Part shown: positions 49,767-62,727 of the stretch, one piece after another | How positions within the stretch are numbered: the stretch's first letter is position 1 | Layout: each line of letters opens with the position of its first letter | Assembly: GCA_964016885.1 (NCBI GenBank) | Contig: OZ024742.1 | Coordinates: 38,626,001-38,690,000 of the forward strand | Source of the DNA: Eledone cirrhosa | Lineage: Eukaryota | Direction: 5' to 3' | Length of the DNA: 64,000 nucleotides | Made by a program: the position numbers and the translations under genes | The notes under the pieces: model-generated | Told to the model about the DNA's origin: nothing | What the model saw: only the letters and a program-made list of their open reading frames with translations | Databases searched by the model: none

Positions 49767-51005
49767 TTATAATTACTAAGAGGAATATTTATAGTTTATC
49801 AAAGCTTATCATTTTTGATCATTATAATAATTGTGTATGTATCTGGTTTAGAACATCACGTACATCCTATATTCTCAGCCATGACCCCCCCACCAATTTT
49901 GCTAATCTATCTGTAAGTGATTCATATTGATACAGCAGTTGGAGAATCTAATAATTTTTTTTACATTAAAAAACATTATATAACAAAAAAAGAACATTAC
50001 AAGAAATCCCATATTTACGAATGTACATTATACAATTAACGATTCCACCCCCTCCTCACTGCTTATAAGAATTTAAGCAAATGTCCAACCATCCCAATTA
50101 TTTGGAATCGGAGAGTACCTACATGTCATAAGAGGGAACTAAAAGGGTTGGTGCCAGGCAGGATATCTGGCTGTAAAACACTGCCTCAAAAAAGACTCTA
50201 TTCAGTATAAAACCTATAATGGAGATTGCAAGGCTAGCTCCTGCTTTAGCAGGGAAAATTGCTTTAAAACACTTGTATCACTTTTGATCATTATAATAAT
50301 TGCTTTTTTGGGGCATAGGATAAGACCAATTTCTGTAGGGAGAAGTGAAGTTGATTTCTCTGAGATTGGGATTTAGAAACGAGGAATAGGAAACTACACC
50401 TAAATCTTGTGATGCTCTACTTGGCTATATTCGAATAACTTTATATAATTATAGCAGTACTTATCAAAGAACCTGTCAGAACAAACATTTTGCTTCGAAA
50501 CTTCCCAGGCTTTTTCTTGATTTAATGAAAATATAATCATGATGGGCCTAAGATCAGTTTCAACAATGAATATTTCAGTTGTTCAATCAATGGGTCTACC
50601 TACTTATTATATTTTAATGTGAATGGCTAAATAGTTTATAGACACTTGTATTCTTTACATAATACTCTAGCAGTATTAATGCCACACACTGGCCTTTTTG
50701 AACTGTAAGTACAGTCCATCCAATCAAGTATATTTTCACTCACAAAGCTCAAGTCGACTTAAGGCTATGGTAGAAGACACTTGCCCAATGTACTGCATAG
50801 TAGGATTGTACTTAGGGCCTCAAAATTGCAAAGGAAACTTCTTTTATTATTTGGCCATGCTGGCACTCACTGTGAATATGTACATACACACAAGAGATAG
50901 CCAGATAATAGAAACAAATATATATTAAAAATATCAAACAATAAAAGTTTGTAGCATCAAAATGTTTGCAGAGTTGCATTAAAACATCTGTTTTAGTTTA
51001 AACCA

Positions 51006-51072
51006 AAGGAGTAGTGCTAAATATTTTAACATCAGAGTTGCAGACATGTTAAAATATTTAGCCCTACTCCTT
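51006..51072. repeat. 27-bp inverted repeat (1 mismatch), 13-nt loop
   Basis: AAGGAGTAGTGCTAAATATTTTAACAT / ATGTTAAAATATTTAGCCCTACTCCTT. Confidence 0.95.
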
Positions 51073-51906
51073 CACATACAGGACTTTTTTAAAACTGGTT
51101 TCTGTCATTATATTGAGGTCATGCTAGGACAACACCTATAAGGGCCTTTTAGTTAATTATATCCCCACAGTATTAAATCAATCTATTTATTGACTAGTTA
51201 AATTTATTAGAGTAAAGTTTGAGAGTAACCTCCCTATATTTACACCGGTATGCACAGATATGAAAAGTTTCAACACAGCTGACATGAAGCAAATATGATT
51301 CATAAGATATTAATCAAACTGCAGCTATGGTAAAAGACATTTACCCAAAGCATCACACAGTGGGACAAATATGAACCCATGTAGTTGCAAATAAAAGTTT
51401 GTAACCATACCTTCACTTTCTATACATATATATTTGAAATATAACTTAAAATAAGGTTTAGCTCTCAAAAGTTCAATGAGATATTACTAGTTAATATTAA
51501 TAAGACCATTGTTGAACTTAGTACTCCACAACTAAGGAAAGTAGGATGTAAACATTATTATAGGACAAAATGCTTAATGGTAAAGACCAAACTATTTGGA
51601 TGCCATCAAATAAGAATCAGACAGAATCAGAAATGCAGGACAATCTGAAAGAGGGTATGGAAGCAATAGGACCACTCTGGAATAAGTGTACACGTGTGTG
51701 TATACATATAAGCATGAACACTCAATCATTTGAAACAAGAGATAGGAGACTTTTAGTAGAGAATCAGTAAGGCTTTAAAAGATAGCCTCTATTTATATGT
51801 ATTGAGTACATTTTCTTTTGTTTTTATGCACACACACACATAAATATATATCATCATTTTCGTTTAATGTCAATTTTTCTATGCTTGCATGGGTTAGACG
51901 GGTTGC

Positions 51907-51944
<38 letters not shown>

Positions 51945-53355
51945 AAGGCTGAGGATGTTCTCAGCCTTTGTAGATTCTGTGGAGAGAGAATAACCAATCT
52001 ATCTCCATTTATTATAGATATGTGTGTTTGTGCATCATAAGAAGTGGCTAAAAAGGTAGATGGCAGGAAGGCTACTATGTCATGGGGCACACAAGACTAA
52101 CATCTGCTTTAGTGGGGGAGAATGGCATTAAAACATGTTACTGTTGCATATATATATATAGAGTGTATGTGGTAAAAAGATGTGGAAGACCACAAATCAG
52201 TGCTCCATGCATGGTGGGATGCAGAGTGGGTCAGCTCATGAGTTTTGGTGGTTTCAGCTTGCAAAAGATTCTTCAGAGCTCGTGGCTAGACTTCTACTTC
52301 ATTAATATATATATATAATCAACACTTTTCTTATCTGATTAATGCATGTGGATAAACATACATTATGATAAAAGGTTATGTTTCTGAGTTAATGAAAAAA
52401 TATACTTTTATAGAACATATATAAAAACTGCTGTAAGTTTATATATGTGTGTGTGTACACAAGGGCAGTGTGTTGCCTGGGTTGATTAGGTTGCTGTGAC
52501 TGGCAGTATTATAGATTATATATATACACACACACGAGCATGCATGTGAGTATGTGTACGTTTGCATGTACCAGAGATGGACGGTCCATACAGGCATTTG
52601 AGCAATGCCCAACAGGCGACTGAGCTGGCTCCCTCTTCCCCAGCTGAAAAATATATTTATGAACAATGGGTGGACCTGATAGGTAATGGATGCCAGTCTG
52701 CTTTTGACATGCACAGATAATGAGTATTTGAGTCTTTGCAATGTCATTGCAACAAGTTTTGAGAGTTAAACGAAAAAGATATTTGTTTTTAAAATGATTT
52801 TTTAAAATGTTGTAATCCTCACAAAATGATTAGCATCAAATCTGATATAATTTTACAATCTGATACTTTTAATTGTCAGCCGCCAAATCTGGACAGATAT
52901 TGGATGAACATCTCAACATGTTTATTTAGTGCTAGTGTTTTTATAGAAGTGTTACACCATGTTATCATAATTACTTTGTAGCATGCCTCTTATGATAAGT
53001 TAATACTCCTGCACCAGAACAGTAACTATTTACTGAATGATTGTCATTGCAAACAGCTAACCAAATTGGTCCTATGAGAGAGAGACAGATAGACAGAGAG
53101 AAGTATCTCAGTAGATACATTACATACACATTTGGAAATCACAAGACTCTATATTTAGACAAAATCCATGGTGATTGAAAAACAAATAATAATAATAATT
53201 GTTAGCTGTTGTGCAGTGTCTAACTGAAATGATAAATAATAGAACATTAAAAAGTTTGAGTACATAACCAAGAAATAGTAACAAGTAGTATATTTTGCCA
53301 GTTGTAGTGAAATGCTTTGGAAGTCATTTGAGCTCACCAAAAGAGGAACAAAACT

Positions 53356-53623
53356 TTAACCCTTTCGATATTGAACTGCCTGAAACTATCCCTGGTTCTA
53401 CAATATAAAACTGTTTGTTTGAAAGTGCTTATATTTATCTAAAAACTTTCCATTATAATTTTATGTAAGACCTTTGTTAAGTTATGCTTTAATAGCAGTT
53501 TAATAATGAGAAAGTTAGTTATATTACTAATACTAAATCCCTCCAAATTCTTCATTATTTTCTAAATGATTAGAAAATCATAGGCAGTGTTTTTCATTAG
53601 AAATATGTTAACAAAAGGATTAA
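53356..53623 (-). mobile_element. TTAA-flanked MITE family 2 (other copies ~6117-6337, 10636-10870; partial at 27170-27345, 30700-31133, 35380-35750)
   Basis: TTAACCCTTT...AAAGGATTAA ends and a shared interior. Confidence 0.7.
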
Positions 53624-54104
53624 ACAAATAACAAGAAATAAAAATCTTTTTGCTAGTTGAACACTTAATTAAAATGAGTTGGAGAAATTATTTGGTTTCA
53701 ATGAGCACATCAACATTTTTAATACCTGATACCTAAGGAATGGTTTTGCTCTCTAAACAAATCAGTACAATTCTAACATGGTAATAAATAATAATTTTAA
53801 GAATAAATAAAGCCTATACAACAAAAATGGTATTCCCCTCCTTTCAGCAGCTGTAAACAGTGATCTGAAATATTTCAATAAATAATGTTCTGGAAGTTGC
53901 TTATCTCTGATACTGGATCCAGTAATGCTTTACTCTGATAGTTGATATAGGTTAGAGCAAAGTTGACAGCGACATAGAGTACAGGAAAAGGTACAGCTGG
54001 TAGGAAGCAATTTTCGTGTGTTTCTCTTTAATCTCTATCCGTTGCTTAAGATGATGTCAAAAGTTCTTGTATATAATGTAAGTCAGAAGCAGGGTTCACT
54101 GTTG

Positions 54105-54207
54105 TCACCGGTCACCTTTTGGTATGCCTTTGCGTTTCTTAAGCATCAACAATTCTTCCTGTTCCCGTTTTATATCCTCAAGATCTTCCAGCCTTCCAAT
54201 TTTGGCA
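54105..54207 (-). CDS. SPTY2D1: SPT2 last coding exon
   Basis: AKIGRLEDLEDIKREQEELLMLKKRKGIPKGDR*. Confidence 0.92.
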
Positions 54208-57200
54208 CTGGTAATAAAAAGGAAATAAATTTAGGTGAATGGGAAGGGGAAAAACAAGTAAGAATAAGATCTTAACCATAAATTTGAAATGGAATGGAAT
54301 GCACCTCTGTTGGTCAATGGAACAAATGACTTTGCAATCATGAGCTGAACACCTAAACTGCCAAACCACTTATCTTCACATTGGAAGTAATAAGCAAGTA
54401 CTAAAACAAATGTAACATGTGCATGAAGAAGTAATTTTAACCCTTTTAATACCACCACACTTGCAACAACCGTGGTTTTATCATACAAAATTACTCATTT
54501 TCAAATGTTCATCATCACCATTTTACGTCCATTCTTCCATGCTAGACGAGTTGTCCTTGTTATGGGCAATGCTAGGTCAGGTGACCATGGTTTGCTTATA
54601 CAGAACTGATTTTGGCTTGGTTTCAACAGCTGGATGCTCTTCCTAAGGCCAACCTCATTTACAGTGTGGACTGGGTACTTTTTGTCGTGACACCTACACA
54701 ACCACTTTACAGTGTGGGCTTGGTGCTTTTTGCGTGACACCTACACGACCACTTTACAGTGTTGGCTGGGTGCGTTGTCATACTTACATGACCTCTATTC
54801 AGTGGAAGGGTGGGTGGGGCAGGGCATACTGTATATATGCTTCAGCTTTGGTCTGTAATAAGTAGCTAAACATCTTTGTTGCATAGCATCATAGTGGAAA
54901 TATCCAAAGCAGTAGAGACAATTGTATGGTGTTATGACTCATCACATGATTTGACAAGGGTGAATGTGGACTGTGTAGTAGAAATTGCAGACTTAGTAAT
55001 TTTCTTAGTATGGTCAGAGCAAGAAGTTTCAAAAACTAAGTTTGTAAGCTTACCAAACTGGTAGAGGGTGCACATTGTAGAGCTAGCCAAGAATATTAAA
55101 TACGCAGGTGTCAACTTTGGATACAATGCAAGGTATGAAGGTGTAATCCAAATGATCTAAGCATTCCTGATATTAACTCCTGTGTTTTTAGTTAGTTTAC
55201 ATGGTAGGCATAAGGGCTCCTTACAAGGATTAGACTTACCTTCTAATCTCTTCTTTCATCTGTTGTGAAAATGATGTTTCCATTTTATCAATATCTGCCA
55301 TGTCTTCATCTTTGAATCTAAGGAACATTAAAAAAATCAACTTATAAATATATAAAACCACTTTACAGTATGTACAAAAAAAAAAAATATGTACATGAAT
55401 AACAATAATTATACCAAGTATAGATAATAGATTTGTACGTGGAGGAAGGGATTATAGTCCAATGAGAATATTAGTAGAATTGTAAGTGGAGGGAGTTTCA
55501 AAGTGAGGACTATGGCTAGTCAGGGAACCTATTATAATCATATAATGTAGAAGGGGGAAGGGAGAGAGAAACGAGAATAAGAAAGGAAAAACGAAATTAC
55601 CAAAAAATGATAAGATTTTGTTTGAAAGGCTATAAATTAAATTGAGGATCAAAATATTAGATTTATCTTAACAGAAACCAACAACAGAGGAGACAAGTGG
55701 GTGCTAAGACAAATAAAGGTGGCAAAAGGGAGTGTGGTGTAAGGAATGAGTTAATTAAAGTAGAATGGAAACAGAGTCACGAGATCCAACCCTATGCTAG
55801 TCAGGGTGATATTTAGTGAAAGTTTTTAATGCTTTATGTTGGTAGTTGAAGACTCTATCATGTCAAGAGTTCAACAGATCTGATTCAGTCATAATCTCCA
55901 ACATTTCCATCACACAAAGATTGCAGGAGTGTCTTTCGTTTTGGTATAGGTGGGCGAATTGTAACACAAGAAAGTATGTAATCAATATTATCCCGTTTTA
56001 AATTCCAGATTTTTTTGGCAAGGGCAGTTGATTTACATAGCTCGGGATTCTTGAATGAATGGGTGCACATACAATCTTTTTTGAAAAAAGTTTGATGTGG
56101 CACCCACATATTTATATATCTCCAATGAACATTACAGCTTGATGTCCTTCCTATTGGCAACCACTTTAAGAGTGTACTGGGTGCATTTTAATGTGACATT
56201 ATCACTAGAGAGATTATCAGGTTTCCGCCAAGATCAAAGAGTCTTCTCTACCCCATGTTGACTTGGTTTGTTCTTTAGTCTGTCATGTCCATAGCTGGCT
56301 AAATTTTGAAAAAGCTACTACACTTCATACCTGTCTGCTTAATTTTAGTTTGACTGACTGAAGGAAAGATGACAAATTGGCAGAGTCATTAGGGTATCAA
56401 ATTAAAAATGCTTTGGAATTTGTTCCAGCTCACTGTGCTTGGAGTTCAAATCCAGCCATGGTCAACTTTGTCTTTCATCCTTCTTGGGCGTTGATAAAAT
56501 AAAGTACCAGTCACATGCTGGGGTCGATTCTTCACTTTATCATTTTCTCTCTCTATAAGAAGTTGGCTTTGTTCCAACCTAGAACGGGATGTGCTCCACC
56601 AGGTTTTAAATGCTCAGGTCACACTCAGAAGTTAAGGGCCCTATTCTTTTTTGTTGACTGAAAGAAATATATATCTGTACAAACATTTCGCTTTTTATTT
56701 ATTTCGAAGAAGCTAAATTTAAATCAGTTAATCTTGCTCCATTATATGCCTTCTGTTTGTTTTACTCCATAAGTAACTCAGATCAGTAACTTCATTACAA
56801 CCTTGGGTGACTGTATGATACCTGACATGTGATAGTGCATGGTAGTGAAACATGGGTTGGGATTGCAGAGGACATATGTAAACTGGAGAGAGTGACTGGC
56901 AGTTTGGTGCAGGGTGTGGGGAAGGAAATGGGGGAGAAGAGAGAGAAGTAGATCAATGATTATTGGGTACATACTGGGAGGGGGGGGGGTTACCCCATCT
57001 TTTTATGAGTAGGCAACACTGTTTTTACACATACACAGATATCATCACCATTTAACGTCTATTTTTCCATGTTTAGACGGGTCACCCATGCCATGAAACA
57101 TGTCTGTCCAGCTGGCCGTACTATACCTTGCTTAGACAGAACTGTATTTTGGTTGAATTTTTACAGCTGGATGCCCTTCTTAGCATCAACTAAGTTTACA

Positions 57201-60200
57201 GTGTGGAACTGGATGGCACCATTATGAGGAGGGTCTGGTCAGTTGGCCGTGCTGTACCCTGCTCATAATGGAACAATAATTTGGGAGTTGGGTGGTCCCA
57301 TTATGAGGGAGGTCTGGCTAATTGGCTGCACTATGCCTTGCTGATAGTGGGGTCATGTTTGGGCTGGGCTTTTATGGCTGCTGGATGCCCTTCCTACCAC
57401 CAACCATGTTTACAGTGTCGAACTGCATGGCACCGGGGTAGTTCTATAATGAGGCAAGTCTGGCCAGTTGGCCATGCCATGCCTTGCTCATAGTGTTACT
57501 GGGTGGTCCTGTTATGAGACAAATCAGGCAAGATAGCCATGCTGTACCTTGCACCTATCAGGACTGTGTTGGCTGGGTTTTACAGCTGCTGGATGCCCTT
57601 CCTAACACCAACCTCGTTTACAGTGTGGAACTGGGTGGTACCGTTATGCAGAGAGTCTGGTCAGTTGGCCGTACCATACCTTGCTCACATTGGAACCTTA
57701 ATTTAGGGGCTGGGTGGTTGCTTTATGAGGGAGGTCCATGACTTATATATATAATTTTCAAAGATATGCAAACAAAGTATATAATGAAGAACTGAATATT
57801 TACTTCCGCCTATCATAGCCAAAGATATTTCGGATATATTTGGATATATTTTGGCAATCGTCTATTGGTTCATCATCAATAAAATCATTCATCTCATCAT
57901 CCTCTTCTTCATCACTTTCAATTACTCTCCGTCGTTTCACTGAAACAAACAAAAAAAATATAATAATAATTTCTACTGCTGACTAAGCAAGACATTTTTG
58001 AAAAGTATCTAATAACACTAAAACTGCATTGCATTAAAAATTAAAGTCTTCAGTTCAATACTGCAAATTTTTCAACACTGCCACTAGTAAAGATACTATA
58101 AACATTTGATTTAACAAACCTATTTTTGATATTTTCTGCTAACTCATTACAATAAGATAGACTACTGTCAATATATCACAAAGTAAACTGTCTCTAATAC
58201 ACTTTATCTCATATACATACACATACATAGATATAAACAAACTGTTCCACATATGCATACATAAAACACACATATATACCTTAATTTAAAACTTTATAAA
58301 GAAATTGTCTCTAATACGTGAGCATTTCAATAAACTAATAAACAAATAATCCACTTAGAGAAGTATTAAAATATTAAATTTAAGCCCAAATCATACAAGT
58401 CAATTCTTATGCTTTTTTCATGTCTTGCTTTTGTTTTTATAGAATAGTTCAAAGCAGATATAATACTAGCAATAACCGGTGATGGATATAGAAAATAATA
58501 TGAGAGAACCACTAAATTATATAATATAAATTCAAAGAGAGCAACAATAAATAAAAAATAGCTGATTATCAGATCAGTCCAAGGAAACTATATTTCCATT
58601 GCTGATACTATCTGCTAGTCTCAACTTTTGGCAGAAGGAAGCAGGATTTTAACTCAGATGAACCGGATTAGATACGGCAAAGCATCCTGCCTGACTCCAT
58701 AATAATTTTGCCAATCTACCAATGAATGGTACTTTATTTATTAACCCCTGAAAGAATGAAAGGCAAAGTTGATCTTGGTGGGATATGAACCCAGAATGCA
58801 GTGGCCTGGAATAACTACAGAGGTATTTAATACAACACACTTACAACTCTGCCATTTTGCTCAGTCTATTATCTAAATACATACTTTAAAAAAAGAGTTG
58901 TTTGAAATTAATTACCTGGTTTCTTAATTGGATCTGTTTTCTGTATTCTCCCATATATTTTGTCCCATGTTGACTGAGACTTTTCTTCAACAGCTTTTGT
59001 AGTTGGTCGACAAATAAGAAGGTTATTGTTCTCAGCTGCGTACTTATTAGTATTGCTGCTATTTTCAACACTTGCTTTAGGTTTGGCAGTTTGAGGTTTG
59101 CTTGGTTGGCTTGGTTGGCTTGGTTGGCTTGGTTGGCTGGGCTGTTTTTTCTCTTTATTTTTCAACTGCTTTAATTGTTCTTGCAGAGCCTTGAATTTGT
59201 CTTCCAGATCCTTGTACCTATTGTCAATATCTTTCTCTGAGTCTCTGCTCTTTTGTACATTTTTACTCTGGCTTACAACAGCTCCTCGCACCTCATTCCC
59301 AGACCCACTAGTCCTTTTATTTTCAGAAGAAGCTACGTTTGTAGTTCGATGAGATTTGTTTGGTTTTTCAGGAATATCTTTCTTTTTTAATTTAGTTTCT
59401 GGTGCTGTTTTTTTTAAGGAGCTATTGTTATTACAATTTGAAGAGTCAGAGTTTTTGGTATTCTTATATTCCTTTGAAGCCAGTCTTTGCAGCCTGTCTT
59501 TTTCATCTTGGGTCATTGGACGGTCAGCAGAACGATTAGAATTCAGAATTTGCTTTGGATCAGCAGCTTTCTCTACAGCTAATTTCATTAATTCATCGAA
59601 TTTCATTGGAGGTGGTCCTGTGCTTGAGTTGAATGACTTTTTCGTTTTGCTGGAACTATTGGGGCGACTGGTACTAGAATCGGAAATTAGTTTGGACCCA
59701 CTAACAACTGTTGAGGTTGTCACCTTATTTGATTTTAAATCTTTAGAACTATTGTTATTCAGAGAAAGTTTTGGTCCCTTTTCACTGGAAGAATTTCCTA
59801 CTCCCTTCGGTATTTTAAATGTGTCTTTTTTGGCTTCAACTGAAAGAAATATCACATAAAAGAATACATTAAAATGCTGAAAATCTGGTACATGTTCTTT
59901 TTCAAAAGTGTCTGTGGTGAGAGAGAGAGAGAGAGAGATATGCTTTGTTTCAAATTTATGAACAGTACCCAGTTTTATACCATGTTATTGTTTAACCCCA
60001 GCTCTGCCCTGATTGAGCAGACCTTTGATCAAAGCTGTGACCATCATATCTTGTTTTAAAGTACAGTAGTATCCAGGACAACATTATCCCTTGTGTTTCT
60101 TTGCTTTTTGTAAAGACAGAAGGGTGTGACTTCAGAAAAATTTGGTTCTATTTCTAACTGGTTGTTGAGTGATTGTGTAATAAGCTTCCTCGTGATTTTG

Positions 60201-62487
60201 AATTTTAAAACATTTTGGATATGGTGTTAGTTTCTCAAGGAAGAAAACAGAAGAGGTTTAGGCAAACCAGCAAAAATTTTCTGTAAGTAACTATGCCTAT
60301 TAACTCTTAACATCCTGTGCCACATGAAACAAAATTAACAAGACATTCCTGAAAAGTACAAAACAGTACTATGACAGCATCACATTATGGCAAATTTTCA
60401 GTGATTTGCCCACTAGTAAAGATACTATAAATACTTAAATTAGTAAACCCATTTTTAGATATTTTCTGCCAAATCATTACAGGATGTTAACAGATAAATA
60501 ACAGTGTATTTCATCTATTAAAGAAAGCACCAAAAAGAAATAAATTTTAATGAAAAATTTGAAGGTCTGTTATCTGTTTATTGAAAAGATTTTTGCAAAC
60601 AGTTCCCATCTCTCATTACTTCAGCCTCCCAACAATACTAACCTTCTAAAAAGGTCAATTGAAAGCCAGAATAAATTACTGCTCCCACATCTAGGATTGA
60701 ACTGCTGCTACACATACAAAAATTCTAGACCCCACCACCACAAAAAAAAAAAAAAGGTCACTTGACTGGTATGAAGTTTCTTGCCAATACACTCCACCAG
60801 CTGGCCCACACGTGTATAGTATCTTCATTCTGATTTTTCCAGTGTTACTAACTGTAGGTTCTGCTCTTCAGAGTTGGATGGTTTCATGCTACCTTCACTC
60901 AGGTATCCATTTTTCTCTCCCTCATTACCTTATACTGATCTCATCCTCTAGTCCCTGCACTAACCAGTTATTTTTCCACAAACCATTGGCTCTTAGGAAT
61001 ACTCTAGGTTGTAATGCAGCTGTTGACTTGCAACAGTTCAAGAGGAACATACATTAACCCCAACATCAACGCCCCCCCCCCCCCCCCCCCATCTTAGTTT
61101 TTGGTTTTATATTTACAGGTGGTAGTACTGATGCCATGATAAAAAGCAGGTGTTAGAGTTGCTCCCAGTACACATTTTAATGTGGATGGCATCCTGTTGT
61201 AGAAACCAAGCAAAAAATGGGGCATATGAGCAGGACCTGGTCACCTGACTAGTCTCAGAACATGATAACATGTCTAACCCCTGCAAGTATAAAACAATGA
61301 TCACGATGATGCTTATTACTGTATTAGGGTTTGTATGAATTGTAAAATTACAGGTATTCTTGATAGATACTCTATTCAAATGAAATATTCAATTATGAGA
61401 TAAGGAGTAAGGATGGTTTATAGGAACTGTGTGAAGTATCTTCAGATCATTGTTCTTTTTCTGTGAACAACAACTTGCACTTGAGGTGGACACATATTTT
61501 TCAAAGTTCTGTAAAGTGGTAGTGCTAGTGCCATGATAAAATACACCCATCACACTCTGTATTAACAATGAAAAATAAAATATTGAGTGAACCTGTCAGT
61601 TGTGTCAAGGACACAGCAACCTCCCTAATGTCAGTGACACTAATATGCACCCAGTACACTCTGTTTGAACACAGCTAATTTTTTCTTCTTCTGTGAGAGA
61701 GATAGAGAGAGAGGAAGAATCAACTCCAATACTGTCCTGTAACTTTATCAACCACAAAGAAATGAAAGGCATAGTTGACCCTGATAGGTTTTTGAATTCA
61801 GAATACAGAGAGCCAAAAGAAATAATGCAAATATTCTAATGCCTGCCAATTTACCACCTTAACTCTTTAGCATTTACATTACTCTATATTTACTATGTTT
61901 TCACAGTAAAGTCTTTATCTCACATAATATTGAATCTATGAGATTTTGATATTATTTATTTTGTGAACAATACCTTAACATCAACATGAAAAGTTGGTTA
62001 TGGCTGGTTTGAACAGAAAGAGGAGAGAATTCTGGCTGGATATGGCTGGTTTAAATGCTAAAGGGTTAATTAAAACATCTTGTGAATAAAAACTTTCAGA
62101 AAACTGACCTTCTTTTTCTTGAAGTTTGATTCTTTTCAATTTATCCCTCAGTTGTTCTTCTTTCAATTTTTCTTTCATTTTTGGTGACAGTATCTTATCA
62201 TCAATGTTCTTCAGTTTGGTGCTCTTATCAGACTGTTTTTCCAAACGAACCTTTTCTTTTTTCTGTTCCTTCTTTAAGCGTTGTCTTTCTCTGTCCTGTT
62301 TTTTCAACTCTTTATTGTCAGCAACTCGTTTCTGTTCTTTGATTCGGTTTGTGATGCGTTCATTAAGCAGATCTTTTTCTTTCTCTTTCTCCTCTTTTAA
62401 TCGCTTTACGACATCAGATTCTGCTCGAACCTTGGCCAGTTTCTTTGGAGCTGAGCATTGTGTGCTATACTTTTTTATAGTTGGAAG
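54105..62487 (-). CDS. SPTY2D1: Protein SPT2 homolog (H3/H4 histone chaperone), spliced gene, first exon not located; 5 coding exons
   Basis: Phase-compatible exons 62487-62109, 59839-58916, 57939-57804, 55317-55240 and 54207-54105. N-terminal KKYSTQCSAPKK plus a coiled coil, a low-complexity middle, and the C-terminal SPT2 signature DFIDDE...ISKYIRNIFGYDRRK...METSFSQQMKEEIRSAKIGRLEDLED. Confidence 0.93.
55240..55317 (-). CDS. SPTY2D1: SPT2 exon
   Basis: FKDEDMADIDKMETSFSQQMKEEIR(S); ttag|...AG|gtaag. Confidence 0.93.
55770..56080 (-). mobile_element. Penelope-like element remnant (GIY-YIG C-terminus)
   Basis: Frameshifted HSFKNPELCKSTALAKKIWNLK.DNIDY...CNLCVMEMLEI...LLN. Confidence 0.6.
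57804..57939 (-). CDS. SPTY2D1: SPT2 exon
   Basis: VKRRRVIESDEEEDDEMNDFIDDEPIDDCQNISKYIRNIFGYDRR(K); AG/GT boundaries. Confidence 0.94.
58916..59839 (-). CDS. SPTY2D1: SPT2 large internal exon (S/K/N-rich)
   Basis: 924-nt open exon, tttcag|TT...CCAG|gtaat; contains PPPMKFDELMKLA and RPMTQDEK, motifs I recognise from SPT2 homologs. Confidence 0.9.
61859..62069 (-). mobile_element. TTAA-flanked MITE family 1 copy in SPT2 intron
   Basis: TTAACTCTTTAGCATTTA...TAAATGCTAAAGGGTTAA. Confidence 0.85.
62109..62487 (-). CDS. SPTY2D1: SPT2 exon (N-terminal coiled coil)
   Basis: ttttcag|CTT...GAAG|gtcag; LPTIKKYSTQCSAPKKLAKVRAESDVVKRLKEEKEKEK... Confidence 0.88.
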
Positions 62488-62660
62488 CTGAAAAAACAAA
62501 TATTTAGAAAATTTAAGATAACAACAGTAATAACATTAGAGTACTGTTTTCCAAAATCAATTTGGTCACTAAAGCTGCCTTTAACACTTTCCTTACCATA
62601 TTTCTAAAAGGGATGTATGATAGTTAACTGCAAAAATATAACACTCATTTACAGAAGAAA

Positions 62661-62662
<2 letters not shown>

Positions 62663-62721
<59 letters not shown>
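62663..62721. repeat. (AT)n microsatellite
   Basis: Direct reading. Confidence 0.98.

Positions 62722-62727
<6 letters not shown>

Noticed and set aside
54099-54107. Stop-codon readthrough at SPT2 (TGA CAA CAG)
   Set aside because: UGA-C is only weakly leaky. It does not match the CUAG or CARYYA motifs, and there is no evidence of a conserved extension.
59098-62491. Plus-strand ORFs 59098-59352, 59356-59859 and 62126-62491
   Set aside because: These are antisense shadows of the K/E/S-rich SPT2 exons.
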